Shown here: positions 40,662 through 53,344 of the stretch, one piece after another | Layout: each line of letters starts with the position of its first letter | How positions within the stretch are numbered: the first letter of the stretch is position 1 | Assembly: GCA_965222605.1 (NCBI GenBank) | Contig: OZ244960.1 | Span: 2,816,001 to 2,880,000 of the forward strand | DNA length: 64,000 nucleotides | Reading direction: 5' to 3' | From: Candidatus Latescibacterota bacterium | Lineage (GTDB): Bacteria; Latescibacterota; UBA2968 | Translations under genes and position numbers: made by a program | The notes under the pieces: generated by a model | Seen by the model: the letters and a program-made list of their open reading frames with translations, nothing else | Told to the model about the DNA's origin: nothing | Databases searched by the model: none

Positions 40662-41717
40662 ATGAGCACACAACCCAATGGCTTAATTGCCGTGGTTAAA
40701 GCCGCCCGGCGCATTGAAGTCGGCGCGCTCGAAGACGAAATAGAAACGTGTTTTGCACGCGGCTGGAGCGATGGCCTGCCCGTCGTCCCACCCACCGAAG
40801 AACGCATATTGCGCATGCTATCGGGAACAACCCGTGCACCCGACGAATTGGTGGGCATCGTCCCCCCCAATTACAACACCTGCACCGTTGAAAAAGTCGC
40901 CATCAACGCTGTCCTCGCCGGATGCAAACCCGAATACCTGCCCGTTGTACTCACAGCGGTTGAAGCGGCACTCACAGAGGCTTTTTGCATGCACGGACTG
41001 CTCGCCACGACATTCTTTGCAGGTCCCCTGATCGTCGTCAACGGACCGATCACACGCGAAATCGGCATGAACGCACGGGTCAACGCGCTCGGGCAGGGCA
41101 ATCGCGCCAACGCGACCATCGGACGCGCCCTTCAACTCGTCATCCGCAACATCGGCGGCGGCGTCCCCGGCGGCATTGATCGCGCCATGCTCGGCAACCC
41201 GGGCAAATACACCTTCTGCTTTGCCGAACGCGAAGACGATTCGCCCTGGGAATCCCTCGCCGTCGAAAGGGGATTTGAACCCGACGCATCCACCGTCTCA
41301 CTCTTTGCAGCCAGCGGCGTCACCCCCATCATGGATCAGGCTTCCCGAGATCCCGACGCGCTTTGCCGATCCATCGCCGCTTGCCTCAAAGCCGACAGCC
41401 ACCCCAAACACGCAAACAGCCCTCCCCCCGTACTCGTCATCTCCCCGGAACACACCCGCCGCTATGCCGACGCAGGCTGGTCAAAAACCCGGTTCCGCGA
41501 CACATTAAATCAGTATCTCCAAATCCCCGTCGCGGAACTGCTCTCAGGCGCGGGCGGCATCCCGGAAGGCCTGCGGGCAACAGACAAAGAAACAATACCC
41601 AAATTTCGAAACAACACATTGCACATCGTTCGCGCAGGTGGAGACGCGGGCTTATTCTCTGCCCTCATCAGCAGTTGGGGCGGTAGCCAATCCATCACAA
41701 AGGAGATCACGCCATGA
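40662..41717 (+). CDS. Conserved hypothetical protein typically adjacent to UGSC (seleno)proteins
   Basis: GWSDGLPVVPPT, EKVAINAVLAGCKPEY, NRANATIGRAL, GNPGKY; 4-nt overlap with next gene. Confidence 0.75.
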   Translation: MSTQPNGLIAVVKAARRIEVGALEDEIETCFARGWSDGLPVVPPTEERILRMLSGTTRAPDELVGIVPPNYNTCTVEKVAINAVLAGCKPEYLPVVLTAVEAALTEAFCMHGLLATTFFAGPLIVVNGPITREIGMNARVNALGQGNRANATIGRALQLVIRNIGGGVPGGIDRAMLGNPGKYTFCFAEREDDSPWESLAVERGFEPDASTVSLFAASGVTPIMDQASRDPDALCRSIAACLKADSHPKHANSPPPVLVISPEHTRRYADAGWSKTRFRDTLNQYLQIPVAELLSGAGGIPEGLRATDKETIPKFRNNTLHIVRAGGDAGLFSALISSWGGSQSITKEITP

Positions 41718-42223
41718 AATTACTCGACCCCACATCCGAGCAAAAACCAGCACAGAGAGAACGGGTAAAACGCCCGCAATCACTCGACGGACTAACCATT
41801 GGGCTTCTGGACATTTCCAAAAGCCGTGGCGACGTATTCCTCGACCACATCGAAACGCATCTCACCCGGCGCGACCTCAAAGTCAACCGCTACATCAAAC
41901 CCACATTCACGCGCCCGGCACCCATCGAACTCCAGCAACAAATCGCCACCGAATGCGATGTGGTCGTCGAAGGCCTGGCCGATTGAGGGTCCTGTACAAC
42001 GTGCAGTGTGCACGACACGACCAACCTGGAAACGCGCGGTATTCCCACCGTCTTTGTCGCATCCGAGCCGTTCCGAGAAGCCGCCGATGCCCAATCGACC
42101 GCCCTGGGATTTAATCCCGCTCGCGTCTTTGTCGCCCATCCCATCCAGGATCGCACCGACGAAGAAATGCAGGCACTTGCCGATGGCGCTATTGAACGCA
42201 TCTTGAAAAGAATTAGTGAATAA
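41714..42223 (+). CDS. UGSC-family selenoprotein (Sec at TGA 41984-41986), 169 aa
   Basis: ORFs 41714-41986 and 42008-42223 are in frame; readthrough gives [16 protein letters not shown]...RGIPTV. Confidence 0.85.
41993..42017 (+). promoter_or_regulatory. Candidate bacterial SECIS element
   Basis: CGTGCA-GTG-TGCACG hairpin (42000-42014), G-containing loop ~20 nt after the UGA. Confidence 0.6.
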
Positions 42224-42240
42224 AAAAGGATCTACCCCCA

Positions 42241-42648
42241 ATGAACGACGAAAAAATCACCAAAACAAACGAAGAATGGCGGACGCAACTCACCCCCGAA
42301 CAATACTACGTCTGCCGTCAAAAAGGCACAGAACGCGCCTTCACCGGCATGTACTGGGACAGCCGTGAAGAAGGCGTATATCGCTGTGTATGCTGCAATG
42401 CCGAACTCTTCCGCTCAGACCAGAAATTCGACTCGCACTGCGGATGGCCCAGCTTTTTTGACGCCATTGAACCCGAACGAATCAACCAGCACGAAGACCT
42501 GAGCTTTGGCATGCGCCGCATCGAAGTCACCTGCGCCCGCTGCGATGCCCACCTGGGCCACATCTTCGACGACGGCCCCGCCCCCACGGGCCTGCGCTAT
42601 TGCATCAACTCCGTAGCCATTGATCTGGATCGCGATGAAGAATCGTAA
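42241..42648 (+). CDS. msrB: Peptide methionine sulfoxide reductase B
   Basis: [45 protein letters not shown]. Confidence 0.96.
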   Translation: MNDEKITKTNEEWRTQLTPEQYYVCRQKGTERAFTGMYWDSREEGVYRCVCCNAELFRSDQKFDSHCGWPSFFDAIEPERINQHEDLSFGMRRIEVTCARCDAHLGHIFDDGPAPTGLRYCINSVAIDLDRDEES

Positions 42649-45600
42649 AACACATTCTCCACAAGAAAGCCTCACGGATCTAAAAAAAATGTTCTCACAA
42701 ATTGCACAACTCTTCTCACATATCAGCCGCACCCGCCTGACAGCCTTCATTCTCATGCTTGCCCTGCCAATCGCGGCACGGGCGCAGACTGAGCCGGTCG
42801 TGACAATTAAGTCAAGTCCTACCAGCGTCATGGAAGGCAAGACAGCCCGCTTTATCATATCGGCGATCCCGGCCCCAACCAGCAACCTGACGGTGAACAT
42901 AGAAGTGACCAGCGGTGGACCGGTCCTCCCCAACAACTACACGCCGCCTACAACAATCACCGTCGGTACCTCTGGCCAAGCCACAATGACAGTGCCAACC
43001 GCAGATTTCACGGAGAATCCGGACGACAAAAACTGGGGCAAAGTTTTAGTAGATATAAAAAAAGGGAATGGCTACACGATCGGTGAACATGGAAGTGCAT
43101 CCGTGCAGGTGATTGACGAAGATGCGACCGCAGTTCCGACCTTGACACTTCACGCAGACCGCACGCGAGCCGCGGTAGGCGACGTGGTGACGGTCACAAT
43201 AAGGCGCACCGAACCTTACAACAGGCGGCATCGGGTGGATATCCGGATGGTCGGACATGGGGGACTGTTCAACGATCATGAAATTGATGAATGGGAACCG
43301 ATAGTAGAAATCCTTCATCCGGCTGCTCTCAACAGGCATCCGATGACCGAGAGATCAATTTCTATTACCGTGTGGCCAGAAAAGAACTGTCAAAGAACGC
43401 AGGGGCGCAAAATTGAAGCCTACCTCTTCGATGCCTACTACTATGGAGAAAACCTTCCAGAGAATACTGGAGATGTGGAATATAAAGTAGGCGACCCATC
43501 CTCGATAACCATAGATGTTTATTACCCCTCGAACCGGCAACCGACAGGTGCCCCAACAATCAGCTACTCGGGCGATCTTGAAGAGAATACAACACTCACA
43601 GCGGATGCCTCGAACATCCAGGATGCCGATGGCCTCAACAATGTGTCATATACCTATCAGTGGTACCGGGTAGCAAGCGGTTCGGCGACCCAGATCCCCA
43701 ATGCCACGAATTCGACGTACGACGTAGTCGAAGCCGATAATGGTTTCAAACTGAAAGTTCGAGCAGTCTTCACCGACGATTTGTGCAATCCCCAGATATC
43801 GGACAGCGCGTTGACACCAGTCGTGGGTGGCGCAGGTACACAAGTAACGCCAGTCGGGACAATTGAAGCGAATCCCCCAAGCATCACCGAAGGTCAGTCT
43901 AAGACATTCAAAATCACAATGACCCCTGCCCCGACGACCTCACTAAACGCAGAAGTGCGCATCAGCCAGATCGGCAATTTCATCATCGGCTCACCGGGCA
44001 CGGGCACGCACACAGTCACCTTCAACCCCAACCAAGCCACCACCACACTGACAGTCAATACTGAAGATGATCAAGTAGATGAATTAAATGGCGAAATAAG
44101 AGCGGTACTTCAGAGCATGCCAGCCTATACATTAGGCGACCCATCCTCAGCAACCGTTACCGTTGAAGACAACGACAATCCGCGGATGACAATCGAAGCG
44201 GATACCTCACCTATCACCGAAGGCACGCCTGCGACATTCACAATCACAGCGGACCCCGTACCGGCAACCCCACTAACCGTGACCGTAAGCGTCACCGAGA
44301 CCCGAGATTTCATCAGCGGCACACCGCCCTCAACCGTCAACTTCAGCGCCAACCAGACCTCCGCCACAGTGACAGTCGAAATGGATGACGATGATATAGA
44401 TGAGCTGGATGGTCAGATAAAAGCGCAACTACAGAACGGAACAGACTATGATTTAGGCTCTCCGTCCTCAGCAACTGTCACCGTTGAAGACAACGACATG
44501 CCAGAGCTATCAATCGGCGCGAACCAGAGCGCTGCAGAGAGCGCGGGCAGCATAGAATTCACGGTGACACTGGATGGACCGAATGCGCAGACAGTAACGG
44601 TGGATTATGCGACATCGGACGGCACGGCGACAGAACCTGGAGACTATACGCGGAGGAACGGCAGGCTGACATTCTCCCCGAGCGGAGCGCGCACACAGAC
44701 CATCCACGTGACGATCCGGGATGACAATATAGATGAGAACAATGAGAACTTCACCGTGACGCTAAGCAATGCGAGCAACGCGACGATGGGGACTGCCTCT
44801 GCGACCGGAACGATCACCGATGACGACACGCGCGGGGTCAGAGTGGAACCGACAGCACTGAACGTGCCGGAAAATGGCAGCAACACCTACAGGGTGGTGC
44901 TGACCTCGCAGCCGACCGAGAACGTGACCGTGACGGTGAATGTGCCATCGAACATGGATGTGTCGGTAAATCAGACGAATCTGATATTCACGACGAGCAC
45001 CTGGCGTAACCCGAAAACAGTGAGGGTGAATGCGGCGCAGGACGGTGACATGGACGCGGATCCTGCCGTGACGATCAGGCACACGGCGAGCGGCGGCGAC
45101 TACGGGACGGTACAGGCGGATGACGTGACGGTGACGATCATCGAAACCGGCGCGCCGACACTGAGCATTGACCCTGCAAGTGCGTCTGAAAACGCCGGGA
45201 CAATGTCGTTCACGGTAAGGCTGAGCTTGGCGAGTGCGACGGCAGTGACGGTGACTTATGCGACACCGGACGGCACGGGCACGGCGACAGCACCAGAAGA
45301 CTACACGGCGGTGACGAACAGCGTGACGTTCGCCGCGAATAGCACGACGCCGCAGCCGATCAGTGTGGCAATCATTGACGACAATATAGATGAGGAAGAC
45401 GAGACATTCACGATGAGGCTGAATAAACCACCGAATGCGATGCTGGCCGGTGGAGGCAACACCCTCTCGGCGACCGGGACGATACAGGACAACGACAGGC
45501 GCGGGGTGAGGGTGTCACCCACCACCCTGACGGTGAACGAGGGAAGCAACAATACCTACACGGTACAGCTCCTATCGGCACCGACGAACACAGTGGCGAT

Positions 45601-48600
45601 CGGAGTGTCAGCGACCGGCAACACGGACGTGTCGGTAGATAAACCACGTCTAACGTTCACAGCGAACACCTGGAACACAGCGCAGACGGTGACTGTGGAG
45701 GCGGTGCAAGACGAAGACTCAGCGAACGACACAGCCACTGTGCAACACACAGTGAGCGGCGGCGACTACGCCGGGGTGACGGCGGCCTCGGTAGCAGTGA
45801 CGGTGGACGACGACGAAAATCCGCAGCCACCCGTGCAGCCACCCGTGCAGCCACCCGTGCAGCCACCCGTGCAACCACCGCAGCCACCGATAGGGACACC
45901 ACAGGTGGTGACAATCACAGCGGATACTTCACCCGTCACCGAAGGCACGGCTGCGACATTCACAATCACAGCGAACCCTGCACCTACAACCGCAATAACC
46001 GTGAGCGTGAACACCAGCGAGGACGGCAATGTCATCAGCGGCACACCGGACGAAACCGTCACCATCGACGCCAATGAGACCACCGCCACACTGACAGTAG
46101 CAACGCACGATGATCAAATAGATGAGCCAAATAGCGAGGTGACAGCGCAATTACAAGGTGGAACAGGCTATGCAGTAGGCACACCGTCCTCAGCAACCGT
46201 CACCGTTGAAGACAACGACATTTCGCCGCCGGGAACCCCACAGGTGACAATCACAGCGGATACTTCACCCGTCACCGAAGGCACGGCTGCGACATTCACA
46301 ATCACAGCGAACCCTGCACCTACAACCGCAATAACCGTGAGCGTGAACACCAGCGAGGACGGCAATGTCATCAGCGGCACACCGGACGAAACCGTCACCA
46401 TCGACGCCAATGAGACCACCGCCACACTGACAGTAGCAACGCACGATGATCAAATAGATGAGCCAAATAGCGAGGTGACAGCGCAATTACAAGGTGGAAC
46501 AGGCTATGCAGTAGGCACACCGTCCTCAGCAACCGTCACCGTTGAAGACAACGACATTTCGCCGCCGGGAACCCCACAGGTGACAATCACAGCGGGGACT
46601 TCACCCGTCACAGAAGGTATAGCTGCGACATTTACAATCAGAGCGAACCCTGCACCTACAACAGCAATAACCGTGAGCGTGAACACCAACGAGGACGGCA
46701 ATGTCATCAGCGGCACACCGGACGAAACCGTCACCATCGACGCCAATGAGACCACCGCCACACTGACAGTAGCAACGCACGATGATCAAATAGATGAGCC
46801 AAATAGCGAGGTGACAGCGCAATTACAAGGTGGAACAGGCTATGCAGTAGGCACACCGTCCTCAGCAACCGTCACCGTTGAAGACAACGACATTTCGCCG
46901 CCGGGAACCCCACAGGTGACAATCACAGCGGGGACTTCACCCGTCACCGAAGGCACGGCTGCGACATTCACAATCACAGCGAACCCTGCACCCACAACAG
47001 CAATAACCGTGAGCGTGACCGTGACAGAGACAGAAGATATCATCAGCGGCACACCGCCCTCAACAGTCACCATCGGCACCACAGGTCAGGCCACACTGAC
47101 AGTAGCAACGCACGACGACGATGTAGGTGAAGACGACAGCGAGGTGACAGCGCAATTACAAGGTGGAACAGGCTATGCAGTAGGCACACCGTCCTCAGCA
47201 ACCGTCACCGTCAACGACAATGACATCCCGCAGGTGACAATCACAGCGAATACGTCACCCGTCACAGAAGGTATAGCTGCGACATTTACAATCAGAGCAA
47301 ATCCCAGACCGGCAACCCCACTAACTGTAAACGTGAACGTCACCCAGACCGGCGATGTCCTCAGCGGCACTCCACCTTCGACAGTCACCTTCCGCGCCAA
47401 TCAGACCACCGCCACCCTTACAGTAGCAACAGACGACGACGATGTGCGCGAAACCGATGGTACCGTAATGGCGCAAATAACTGCGGGTGTCGGCTACACA
47501 GTGGGATCACCATCCTCGGCAACCGTCACCGTTGAGGACAATGACACACCTCCCAATCATCCAGCCACAGGTGCCCCAATAATCATCGGCACACCCGAGT
47601 TGCGTGAAACACTAACAGCGGATGTCTCTAACATCCGGGATGCCAATGGCCTCGAAAATGTCACTTATGCCTATCAGTGGATCCGCGTAATGGGCAGTAT
47701 GGAGACCCAGATCCCCGGTGCCACAGCTCCGACATACGAAGTAGTAACAGACGATAGTGGTTACCGGCTAAAAGTTCGGGTGAACTTCACCGATGATCTG
47801 GGCTATCCCGAAGAATTGGAAAGCGCATTGACAGCGATGGTGGTCATACCGGGGGTAACACCGGTAATATCAATCACAGCGGACCCCCCAAGTGTCACCG
47901 AAGGCACGGCTGCGACATTCACAATCACAGCGACCCCTGCACCCACAATCACACTGACCGTGAACATAAGCGTGACCGAGACCGCCAATACCCTCAGCGG
48001 CACACCACCCGCAACCGTCACCATCAGCGCCGGCCAGACCACACTGACAGTAGCAACAGACGATGATAAGACAGACGAACACGCCAGTGTCGTAACCGCG
48101 CAAGTGCAAGCCGGAATAGGCTATGTAGTGGGCACGCCATCCTCGGCGAGAGTGCTCGTGCTGGATGATGATTTGCCACCATCGATAGACGCAACCCTGA
48201 GCAGCCTGACAATCAACCCCGGCGTTATGAACCCGACATTTGACTCAGCGACATTGTCCTACACTGCCCTATTGCCGAACGCGACCTCAACCGTAACAGT
48301 TACAGCAACACCCAATAACCCGGACGCAACCGTATCCATCAACGGTCAGAACGCGACCACATTGGACGTGCCATTTACCGGTGACACGATGGACATCACA
48401 GTAACAGTAACTGCCGTAGATAACATCACGCAATTGACCTATACCATCACAGTCAACCGTGCGCCAGCAGGGCTTCCACAAGTGACCATCACAGCAAATC
48501 CCACAACCGTCACCGAAGGCACGGCTGCCACATTCACAATCACAGCAAACCAGCCATCGGTAACCGATCTGATCGTGAACGTGAAGGTAACAGAGACCGC

Positions 48601-51600
48601 CAAAATGCTCAGCGGCACACCGCCCTCGACTGTCACCATCAGCGCCGGCCACACCACCGCCACACTGACAGTAGCAACAGACGACGATGATATAGATGAA
48701 CACGCCAGCATGGTAAAAGCGCGACTACAAGCCGGAACAGGCTATACAGTAGGCGATCCATCCTCGGCGAGCGTACTCGTGCTGGACGACGAAGTGACGA
48801 TATCTACAGACGCGACCCTGAACAGCTTGACAATCAACCCCGGTACACTGAACCCGACATTCGATCCGGAGACATTGGACTACACCGTCTCAGTGACAAA
48901 CGGGGTCTCGACCATAACGGTTACAGCAATAGGCAATAACGCGGGCGCAACCATATCCATCAACGGGCAGAACACCACCTCATTGGATGTTTCACTTGTC
49001 GAAGGCACAAATACCATCACAGTAACAGTAACAGCCGAAGACAACACCACGCAATTGACCTACACCATCACAGTAACCCGGCAAGAGCCTATCCCCAACC
49101 GCCCAGCCACAGGTGCCCCAACAATCATCGGCACACCCGAAGTGGGTCAAACACTCACAGCGGATGTCTCTAACATCCAGGATGCCGACGGCCTCGAAAA
49201 TGTAACCTATGCCTATCAATGGATACGCGTCAGAGGCGATGTGGAAACCGAAATCCCCAATGCCACAGGTACAACGTACGAAGTCGCAACAGCCGACATT
49301 GATCACCAGATAAAAGTTCGGGTGAACTTCACCGACGATGCGGGCAATGCCGAAGAATTGGAAAGCGCGTTGACCAGCGCCGTCGTTGCACCCGTCGTAA
49401 CACCCGTCTTGACCATCTCGGCAAGTGCTACAAGCATCACCGAAGGCACGGCTGCCACATTCACAATCACAGCAACCCCTGCACCCACAACCGAACTGAC
49501 CATGAACGTGAACATCACCGAAACTGGCAATGTCCTCAGCGGCACACCACCCTCAACCATCACCATCAGCACTGCCCAGACCACTCTCACAGTAGCAACG
49601 AACGACGACAATGTAGATGAAGAAAATAGTGTAATAACCGCAGCACTACAAGCCGGAACAGGCTACACAGTAGGCACACCATCCTCTGCAAGCGTCACCG
49701 TCAACGACAACGACGCGCGCCCCAACAATCCAGCGACAGGAGCTCCAATAATCATTGGCACACCTGAAGTAAGTGAAACACTCACCGCGGACGTCTCTAA
49801 CATCCAGGATGCCGACGGCCTCGAAAATGTCGCATATACCTATCAGTGGATACGAGTGATAGACGGTGTGGAAACCGAAATTGCCGGAGCGACAGGTACA
49901 ACATACGAAGTCGCAACAGCTGACATTGGTCACCAGATAAAAGTCCGGGTGAATTTCACCGACGATCTGGGCAATGCCGAAGAATTGGAAAGCGCGTTAA
50001 CAGCGGTCGTCGTTGCACCAGTGGTACCAGTCCTGACCATCTCGGCAAGCGCTACAAGCATCACCGAAGGCACGGCGGCGACATTCACAATCACAGCGAC
50101 CCCTGCACCCCTAACAGCACTGACCGTGAACATAAGCGTCACCGAAACCGGCAATACCCTCAGCGGCACACCGCCCTCAACCATCACCATCAGCGCCAAC
50201 GAGACCACCCTCACAGTCGCAACGAATGACGACAATATAGATGAAGAAGCCAGCGCGATAACCGCAGCACTACAAGCCGGAACAGGCTACACAGTGGGCG
50301 ACCCATCCTCGGCGAGCGTCACCGTTGACGACAACGACCTTCCCCCGAACTCGCCAGCCACAGGCGCCCCCACAATCATCGGCACACCCAAAGTGTTAGA
50401 AACACTGACAGCCGATGTCTCTAACATCCGGGATGCCGACGGCCTCACCAATGTATCATACACCTATCAGTGGATCCGTTTGGTAGGCAGTGTGGAAACC
50501 GAGATCATCGGAGCCACGGGTGTGACATACGAAGTCACAATAACCGATGTTGATCGCCAGCTAAAAGTTCGGGTGAACTTCACCGATGATCTGGGCAATG
50601 CCGAAGAATTGGAAAGCGCATGGACAGCTGTTATTGCAGCAGAGGAACCTCGCGTGGTGAAACTGGACGGATGGCTGGCGCGATTTGGGCGAACAGCATC
50701 GAATCATGTAATCGAGACAGTGCGCGAACGCGTGAGGGGGCACGTAGGCACCAACCATGTGGTGATCGGCGGATACAACCTGAATGAGATGAATTATAAC
50801 GGACTATTCTACAATCCGATATTGATGCCAGGCGAGTTCCCAATGAGATTTAGCATTGAGGCCGCGCAGAGTGCTCAAAGCAAAGAGATATTGAAGCAAA
50901 TAATATCGAGTACATCATTTGCTCTGTCCGGCACACTTGGGCCGTATAGCGAACCTCGATGGGCAGTGTGGGGTCGGGGCGCAACAACGCGCTTTAGTGG
51001 CACCGACGACGATCAGACAGTAGAAGGCGACGTAACATCGGTCATGCTGGGCATCGACTATGGAGATAACCGTTTCCAGGGTGGGCTTGTCCTATCCTAC
51101 ACCATGGGCGATGGGATACTGGGCACCATCGCCAATACCCGCGACGAATGGTCAGTAGAGACAACGCTGACAGGTATTTACCCCTGGACACGCCTCGCAG
51201 TGACAAACCGGTTCTCTGTATGGGGAATGCTGGGCTATGGAGGAGGCGACCTGCCCCTTTCGCGCGACGGCATCAAGAAATTAGAGACAGACGCAAACAT
51301 GGTGATGGGAGCCATTGGTACCCGCACCGATTTGGTCGGATCGACCTGGCATGACGGATTCTCATTATCACTGGCGTCAGATGCAGTGCTATCGCGTGCG
51401 AATGCGGATGATCTGGCGGATTTGTTGGAAAATAAGGGCACTGCGAGCCGTGTACGCGTGTTATTAGAGGGATCACACGTACTCTGGGTCTCCGGGGGAT
51501 CACTGCACCCATTGGCCGAGTTGGGAATGCGGTATGATGGCGGCGATGCAGACACGGGCATGGGGATAGAAATTGGTGCCGGGATGCGCTATGTGCTGAC

Positions 51601-52120
51601 CTCGCTGGGCCTGATGATTGAAGGTCGGGTACGCGGCCTCATAGCACACCAGGAAGGCAGTTATGAAGAATGGGGCGGTTCGGGCACAATCCGCCTGTCT
51701 CCAAATCCATCAGGCGAGGGACTATCGCTTCGGGTATCGCCAACATGGGGCAACGCATCTGGCAGCGTACGTGCCCTGTGGTCGAGGCCCGACATGAGCG
51801 ACATTGCATCTGGTCGCAACTCGGAACTCTACTCATCTAATCGCGTATCCGCCGAAGTGGCATACGGCGTGCCGGTATTGGGCGAAAAATTAGTTGCGAC
51901 GCCATTTGTCGGGCTACAAGACAGGCACAAACGGCTCGGCTTCGGCTTGCACAGAGGTTCGTTGTTCGGCCTTGCGGTCGAAGGCATGCAATACAACCGG
52001 GACCTTGCCCTGCGGGTTCGCGCGGGCATGCATACCCACAACTTCATCCTCCGCCTTGAAGGCAGCCTCGATACATATGGTCACCACGCCTATTTCAGAC
52101 TACAGCACAATATGGAATAA
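42635..52120 (+). CDS. Giant (~3,160 aa) autotransporter-like adhesin with Calx-beta/Ig-like and cadherin-like repeats
   Basis: Signal peptide ...ALPIAARA-Q; many [11 protein letters not shown]...[10 protein letters not shown] units; PATGAP...YQW units; two DATLxSLTINPG units; C-terminal beta-barrel ([12 protein letters not shown]). Start uncertain (42635 or 42689). Confidence 0.85.
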   Translation: MKNRKTHSPQESLTDLKKMFSQIAQLFSHISRTRLTAFILMLALPIAARAQTEPVVTIKSSPTSVMEGKTARFIISAIPAPTSNLTVNIEVTSGGPVLPNNYTPPTTITVGTSGQATMTVPTADFTENPDDKNWGKVLVDIKKGNGYTIGEHGSASVQVIDEDATAVPTLTLHADRTRAAVGDVVTVTIRRTEPYNRRHRVDIRMVGHGGLFNDHEIDEWEPIVEILHPAALNRHPMTERSISITVWPEKNCQRTQGRKIEAYLFDAYYYGENLPENTGDVEYKVGDPSSITIDVYYPSNRQPTGAPTISYSGDLEENTTLTADASNIQDADGLNNVSYTYQWYRVASGSATQIPNATNSTYDVVEADNGFKLKVRAVFTDDLCNPQISDSALTPVVGGAGTQVTPVGTIEANPPSITEGQSKTFKITMTPAPTTSLNAEVRISQIGNFIIGSPGTGTHTVTFNPNQATTTLTVNTEDDQVDELNGEIRAVLQSMPAYTLGDPSSATVTVEDNDNPRMTIEADTSPITEGTPATFTITADPVPATPLTVTVSVTETRDFISGTPPSTVNFSANQTSATVTVEMDDDDIDELDGQIKAQLQNGTDYDLGSPSSATVTVEDNDMPELSIGANQSAAESAGSIEFTVTLDGPNAQTVTVDYATSDGTATEPGDYTRRNGRLTFSPSGARTQTIHVTIRDDNIDENNENFTVTLSNASNATMGTASATGTITDDDTRGVRVEPTALNVPENGSNTYRVVLTSQPTENVTVTVNVPSNMDVSVNQTNLIFTTSTWRNPKTVRVNAAQDGDMDADPAVTIRHTASGGDYGTVQADDVTVTIIETGAPTLSIDPASASENAGTMSFTVRLSLASATAVTVTYATPDGTGTATAPEDYTAVTNSVTFAANSTTPQPISVAIIDDNIDEEDETFTMRLNKPPNAMLAGGGNTLSATGTIQDNDRRGVRVSPTTLTVNEGSNNTYTVQLLSAPTNTVAIGVSATGNTDVSVDKPRLTFTANTWNTAQTVTVEAVQDEDSANDTATVQHTVSGGDYAGVTAASVAVTVDDDENPQPPVQPPVQPPVQPPVQPPQPPIGTPQVVTITADTSPVTEGTAATFTITANPAPTTAITVSVNTSEDGNVISGTPDETVTIDANETTATLTVATHDDQIDEPNSEVTAQLQGGTGYAVGTPSSATVTVEDNDISPPGTPQVTITADTSPVTEGTAATFTITANPAPTTAITVSVNTSEDGNVISGTPDETVTIDANETTATLTVATHDDQIDEPNSEVTAQLQGGTGYAVGTPSSATVTVEDNDISPPGTPQVTITAGTSPVTEGIAATFTIRANPAPTTAITVSVNTNEDGNVISGTPDETVTIDANETTATLTVATHDDQIDEPNSEVTAQLQGGTGYAVGTPSSATVTVEDNDISPPGTPQVTITAGTSPVTEGTAATFTITANPAPTTAITVSVTVTETEDIISGTPPSTVTIGTTGQATLTVATHDDDVGEDDSEVTAQLQGGTGYAVGTPSSATVTVNDNDIPQVTITANTSPVTEGIAATFTIRANPRPATPLTVNVNVTQTGDVLSGTPPSTVTFRANQTTATLTVATDDDDVRETDGTVMAQITAGVGYTVGSPSSATVTVEDNDTPPNHPATGAPIIIGTPELRETLTADVSNIRDANGLENVTYAYQWIRVMGSMETQIPGATAPTYEVVTDDSGYRLKVRVNFTDDLGYPEELESALTAMVVIPGVTPVISITADPPSVTEGTAATFTITATPAPTITLTVNISVTETANTLSGTPPATVTISAGQTTLTVATDDDKTDEHASVVTAQVQAGIGYVVGTPSSARVLVLDDDLPPSIDATLSSLTINPGVMNPTFDSATLSYTALLPNATSTVTVTATPNNPDATVSINGQNATTLDVPFTGDTMDITVTVTAVDNITQLTYTITVNRAPAGLPQVTITANPTTVTEGTAATFTITANQPSVTDLIVNVKVTETAKMLSGTPPSTVTISAGHTTATLTVATDDDDIDEHASMVKARLQAGTGYTVGDPSSASVLVLDDEVTISTDATLNSLTINPGTLNPTFDPETLDYTVSVTNGVSTITVTAIGNNAGATISINGQNTTSLDVSLVEGTNTITVTVTAEDNTTQLTYTITVTRQEPIPNRPATGAPTIIGTPEVGQTLTADVSNIQDADGLENVTYAYQWIRVRGDVETEIPNATGTTYEVATADIDHQIKVRVNFTDDAGNAEELESALTSAVVAPVVTPVLTISASATSITEGTAATFTITATPAPTTELTMNVNITETGNVLSGTPPSTITISTAQTTLTVATNDDNVDEENSVITAALQAGTGYTVGTPSSASVTVNDNDARPNNPATGAPIIIGTPEVSETLTADVSNIQDADGLENVAYTYQWIRVIDGVETEIAGATGTTYEVATADIGHQIKVRVNFTDDLGNAEELESALTAVVVAPVVPVLTISASATSITEGTAATFTITATPAPLTALTVNISVTETGNTLSGTPPSTITISANETTLTVATNDDNIDEEASAITAALQAGTGYTVGDPSSASVTVDDNDLPPNSPATGAPTIIGTPKVLETLTADVSNIRDADGLTNVSYTYQWIRLVGSVETEIIGATGVTYEVTITDVDRQLKVRVNFTDDLGNAEELESAWTAVIAAEEPRVVKLDGWLARFGRTASNHVIETVRERVRGHVGTNHVVIGGYNLNEMNYNGLFYNPILMPGEFPMRFSIEAAQSAQSKEILKQIISSTSFALSGTLGPYSEPRWAVWGRGATTRFSGTDDDQTVEGDVTSVMLGIDYGDNRFQGGLVLSYTMGDGILGTIANTRDEWSVETTLTGIYPWTRLAVTNRFSVWGMLGYGGGDLPLSRDGIKKLETDANMVMGAIGTRTDLVGSTWHDGFSLSLASDAVLSRANADDLADLLENKGTASRVRVLLEGSHVLWVSGGSLHPLAELGMRYDGGDADTGMGIEIGAGMRYVLTSLGLMIEGRVRGLIAHQEGSYEEWGGSGTIRLSPNPSGEGLSLRVSPTWGNASGSVRALWSRPDMSDIASGRNSELYSSNRVSAEVAYGVPVLGEKLVATPFVGLQDRHKRLGFGLHRGSLFGLAVEGMQYNRDLALRVRAGMHTHNFILRLEGSLDTYGHHAYFRLQHNME
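45824..45871 (+). repeat. 12-bp tandem repeat x4 encoding a QPPV linker
   Basis: CAGCCACCCGTG x4. Confidence 0.95.
45908..47233 (+). repeat. 336-bp tandem repeats (three near-identical units plus a partly diverged fourth)
   Basis: Unit starts GTGACAATCACAGCGG at 45908, 46244, 46580, 46916. Confidence 0.93.
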
Positions 52121-53130
52121 TGCCATTGATAATGACCCTCAAAACCCTGAAACACACCCTCTCCAAATTCCAAAACCTCGCCATCCTCGTCATCGGTGAC
52201 TACTTCCTCGACCGCTATCTCACCATTGACCCCGACCTCGCCGAAACATCCATCGAAACCGGCCTTGAAGCACGCCAAATCGTCGCCATTCGCAACCGGC
52301 CCGGCGCAGCCGGCACCATCACCTCCAACCTCTGCGCCCTCGGCATTGGACGCGTCTATGCCCTGGGCATAATCGGTCGCGATGGTCAGGGCTATGACCT
52401 CAAACAGGGGTTGTCCACCACAGGTGTGGATGTCACCCATCTCATCGAAACACCCGACCGCTTTACCCCGACTTATACCAAACCCATAAACAAAAAAACA
52501 GGCGCTGAAATGGAACGCCTGGACATAAAAAATCGAACGCCTTTACCCCTCGACCTCGAAAATCAACTCATCAAAACCCTGCACAACCTCCTCCCCAAAG
52601 TAGATGGCATCATAGCCCTCGACCAGGTACAGGAACCCAACTGCGGAGTGCTCACAGATCGCGTCGTCGCCGAACTCGCAAAACTCGCCAAAACGCATCC
52701 CAACACCATATGCTTCGCCGACTCCCGCACCCGCATCACCAACTTCAAAAATGTCATACTCAAAGCCAACCGCGACGAAGCCATTCAGGCCATTGGAGAG
52801 CGCGACCTCAACCGATGTGCCCGCATCTTTTCCCAGCGCACCGGCAAACCCGTCTTCATCACCCTTGGCCCCGACGGCATTCTCGTTGCCAACAACGAAA
52901 ACCTCACGCATATTCCCGGTATAAAAATTCCGCCCCCCATCGACATTGTCGGCGCAGGCGACAGCGTCTCCGCATCTGTTGTCTCCGCGCTTTGTGCCGG
53001 CGCATCATTACCCGAAGCCGCCCAACTCGGCGTATTGGCCTCATCCATCACCATACAACAAATCGGCACAACCGGCACGGCCTCGCCCGAACAGATCGCA
53101 AAACGATTTCGAGAAACCAAAACAGCTTAA
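52120..53130 (+). CDS. PfkB family kinase (HldE/RfaE kinase domain-like)
   Basis: VIGDYFLDRY, PGAAGT, IIGRDGQG, DIVGAGD. Confidence 0.85.
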   Translation: MPLIMTLKTLKHTLSKFQNLAILVIGDYFLDRYLTIDPDLAETSIETGLEARQIVAIRNRPGAAGTITSNLCALGIGRVYALGIIGRDGQGYDLKQGLSTTGVDVTHLIETPDRFTPTYTKPINKKTGAEMERLDIKNRTPLPLDLENQLIKTLHNLLPKVDGIIALDQVQEPNCGVLTDRVVAELAKLAKTHPNTICFADSRTRITNFKNVILKANRDEAIQAIGERDLNRCARIFSQRTGKPVFITLGPDGILVANNENLTHIPGIKIPPPIDIVGAGDSVSASVVSALCAGASLPEAAQLGVLASSITIQQIGTTGTASPEQIAKRFRETKTA

Positions 53131-53140
53131 AGGGAACCCC

Positions 53141-53335
53141 ATGTCTGACAAACCCAACTTCATCGTATTTATGAGTAGCGACCGATACAAACTCCTCCTC
53201 GACGGCAACGAAATACACCTCTCCAACCTCAACACCGACCCCAACGAAACCACCAACATCGCAGGCGACGAACCCGACCTGACCAACGACCTCCTCACCC
53301 GCCTCAACGCATGGCACACCTCCGTAACGCAATAA
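53141..53335 (+). pseudogene. Sulfatase remnant (N- and C-termini fused by internal deletion)
   Basis: MSDKPNFIVFMS joined to DRYKL...LSNLNTDPNETTNIA...L..W; no CxPxR core. Confidence 0.7.
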
Positions 53336-53344
53336 CCCCAGCCC

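Noticed and set aside
41984-41986. TGA as a nonsense mutation or true stop
   Set aside because: Context U-G-S-C with a downstream hairpin and in-frame continuation fits selenocysteine better
45824-47233. Tandem repeats considered as a CRISPR array
   Set aside because: In-frame coding repeats without unique spacers; no cas genes in the window
52080-52120. Autotransporter C-terminus lacks a terminal aromatic residue (..RLQHNME)
   Set aside because: Cannot tell variant from error without homologs; an alternating pattern with aromatic residues is present just upstream
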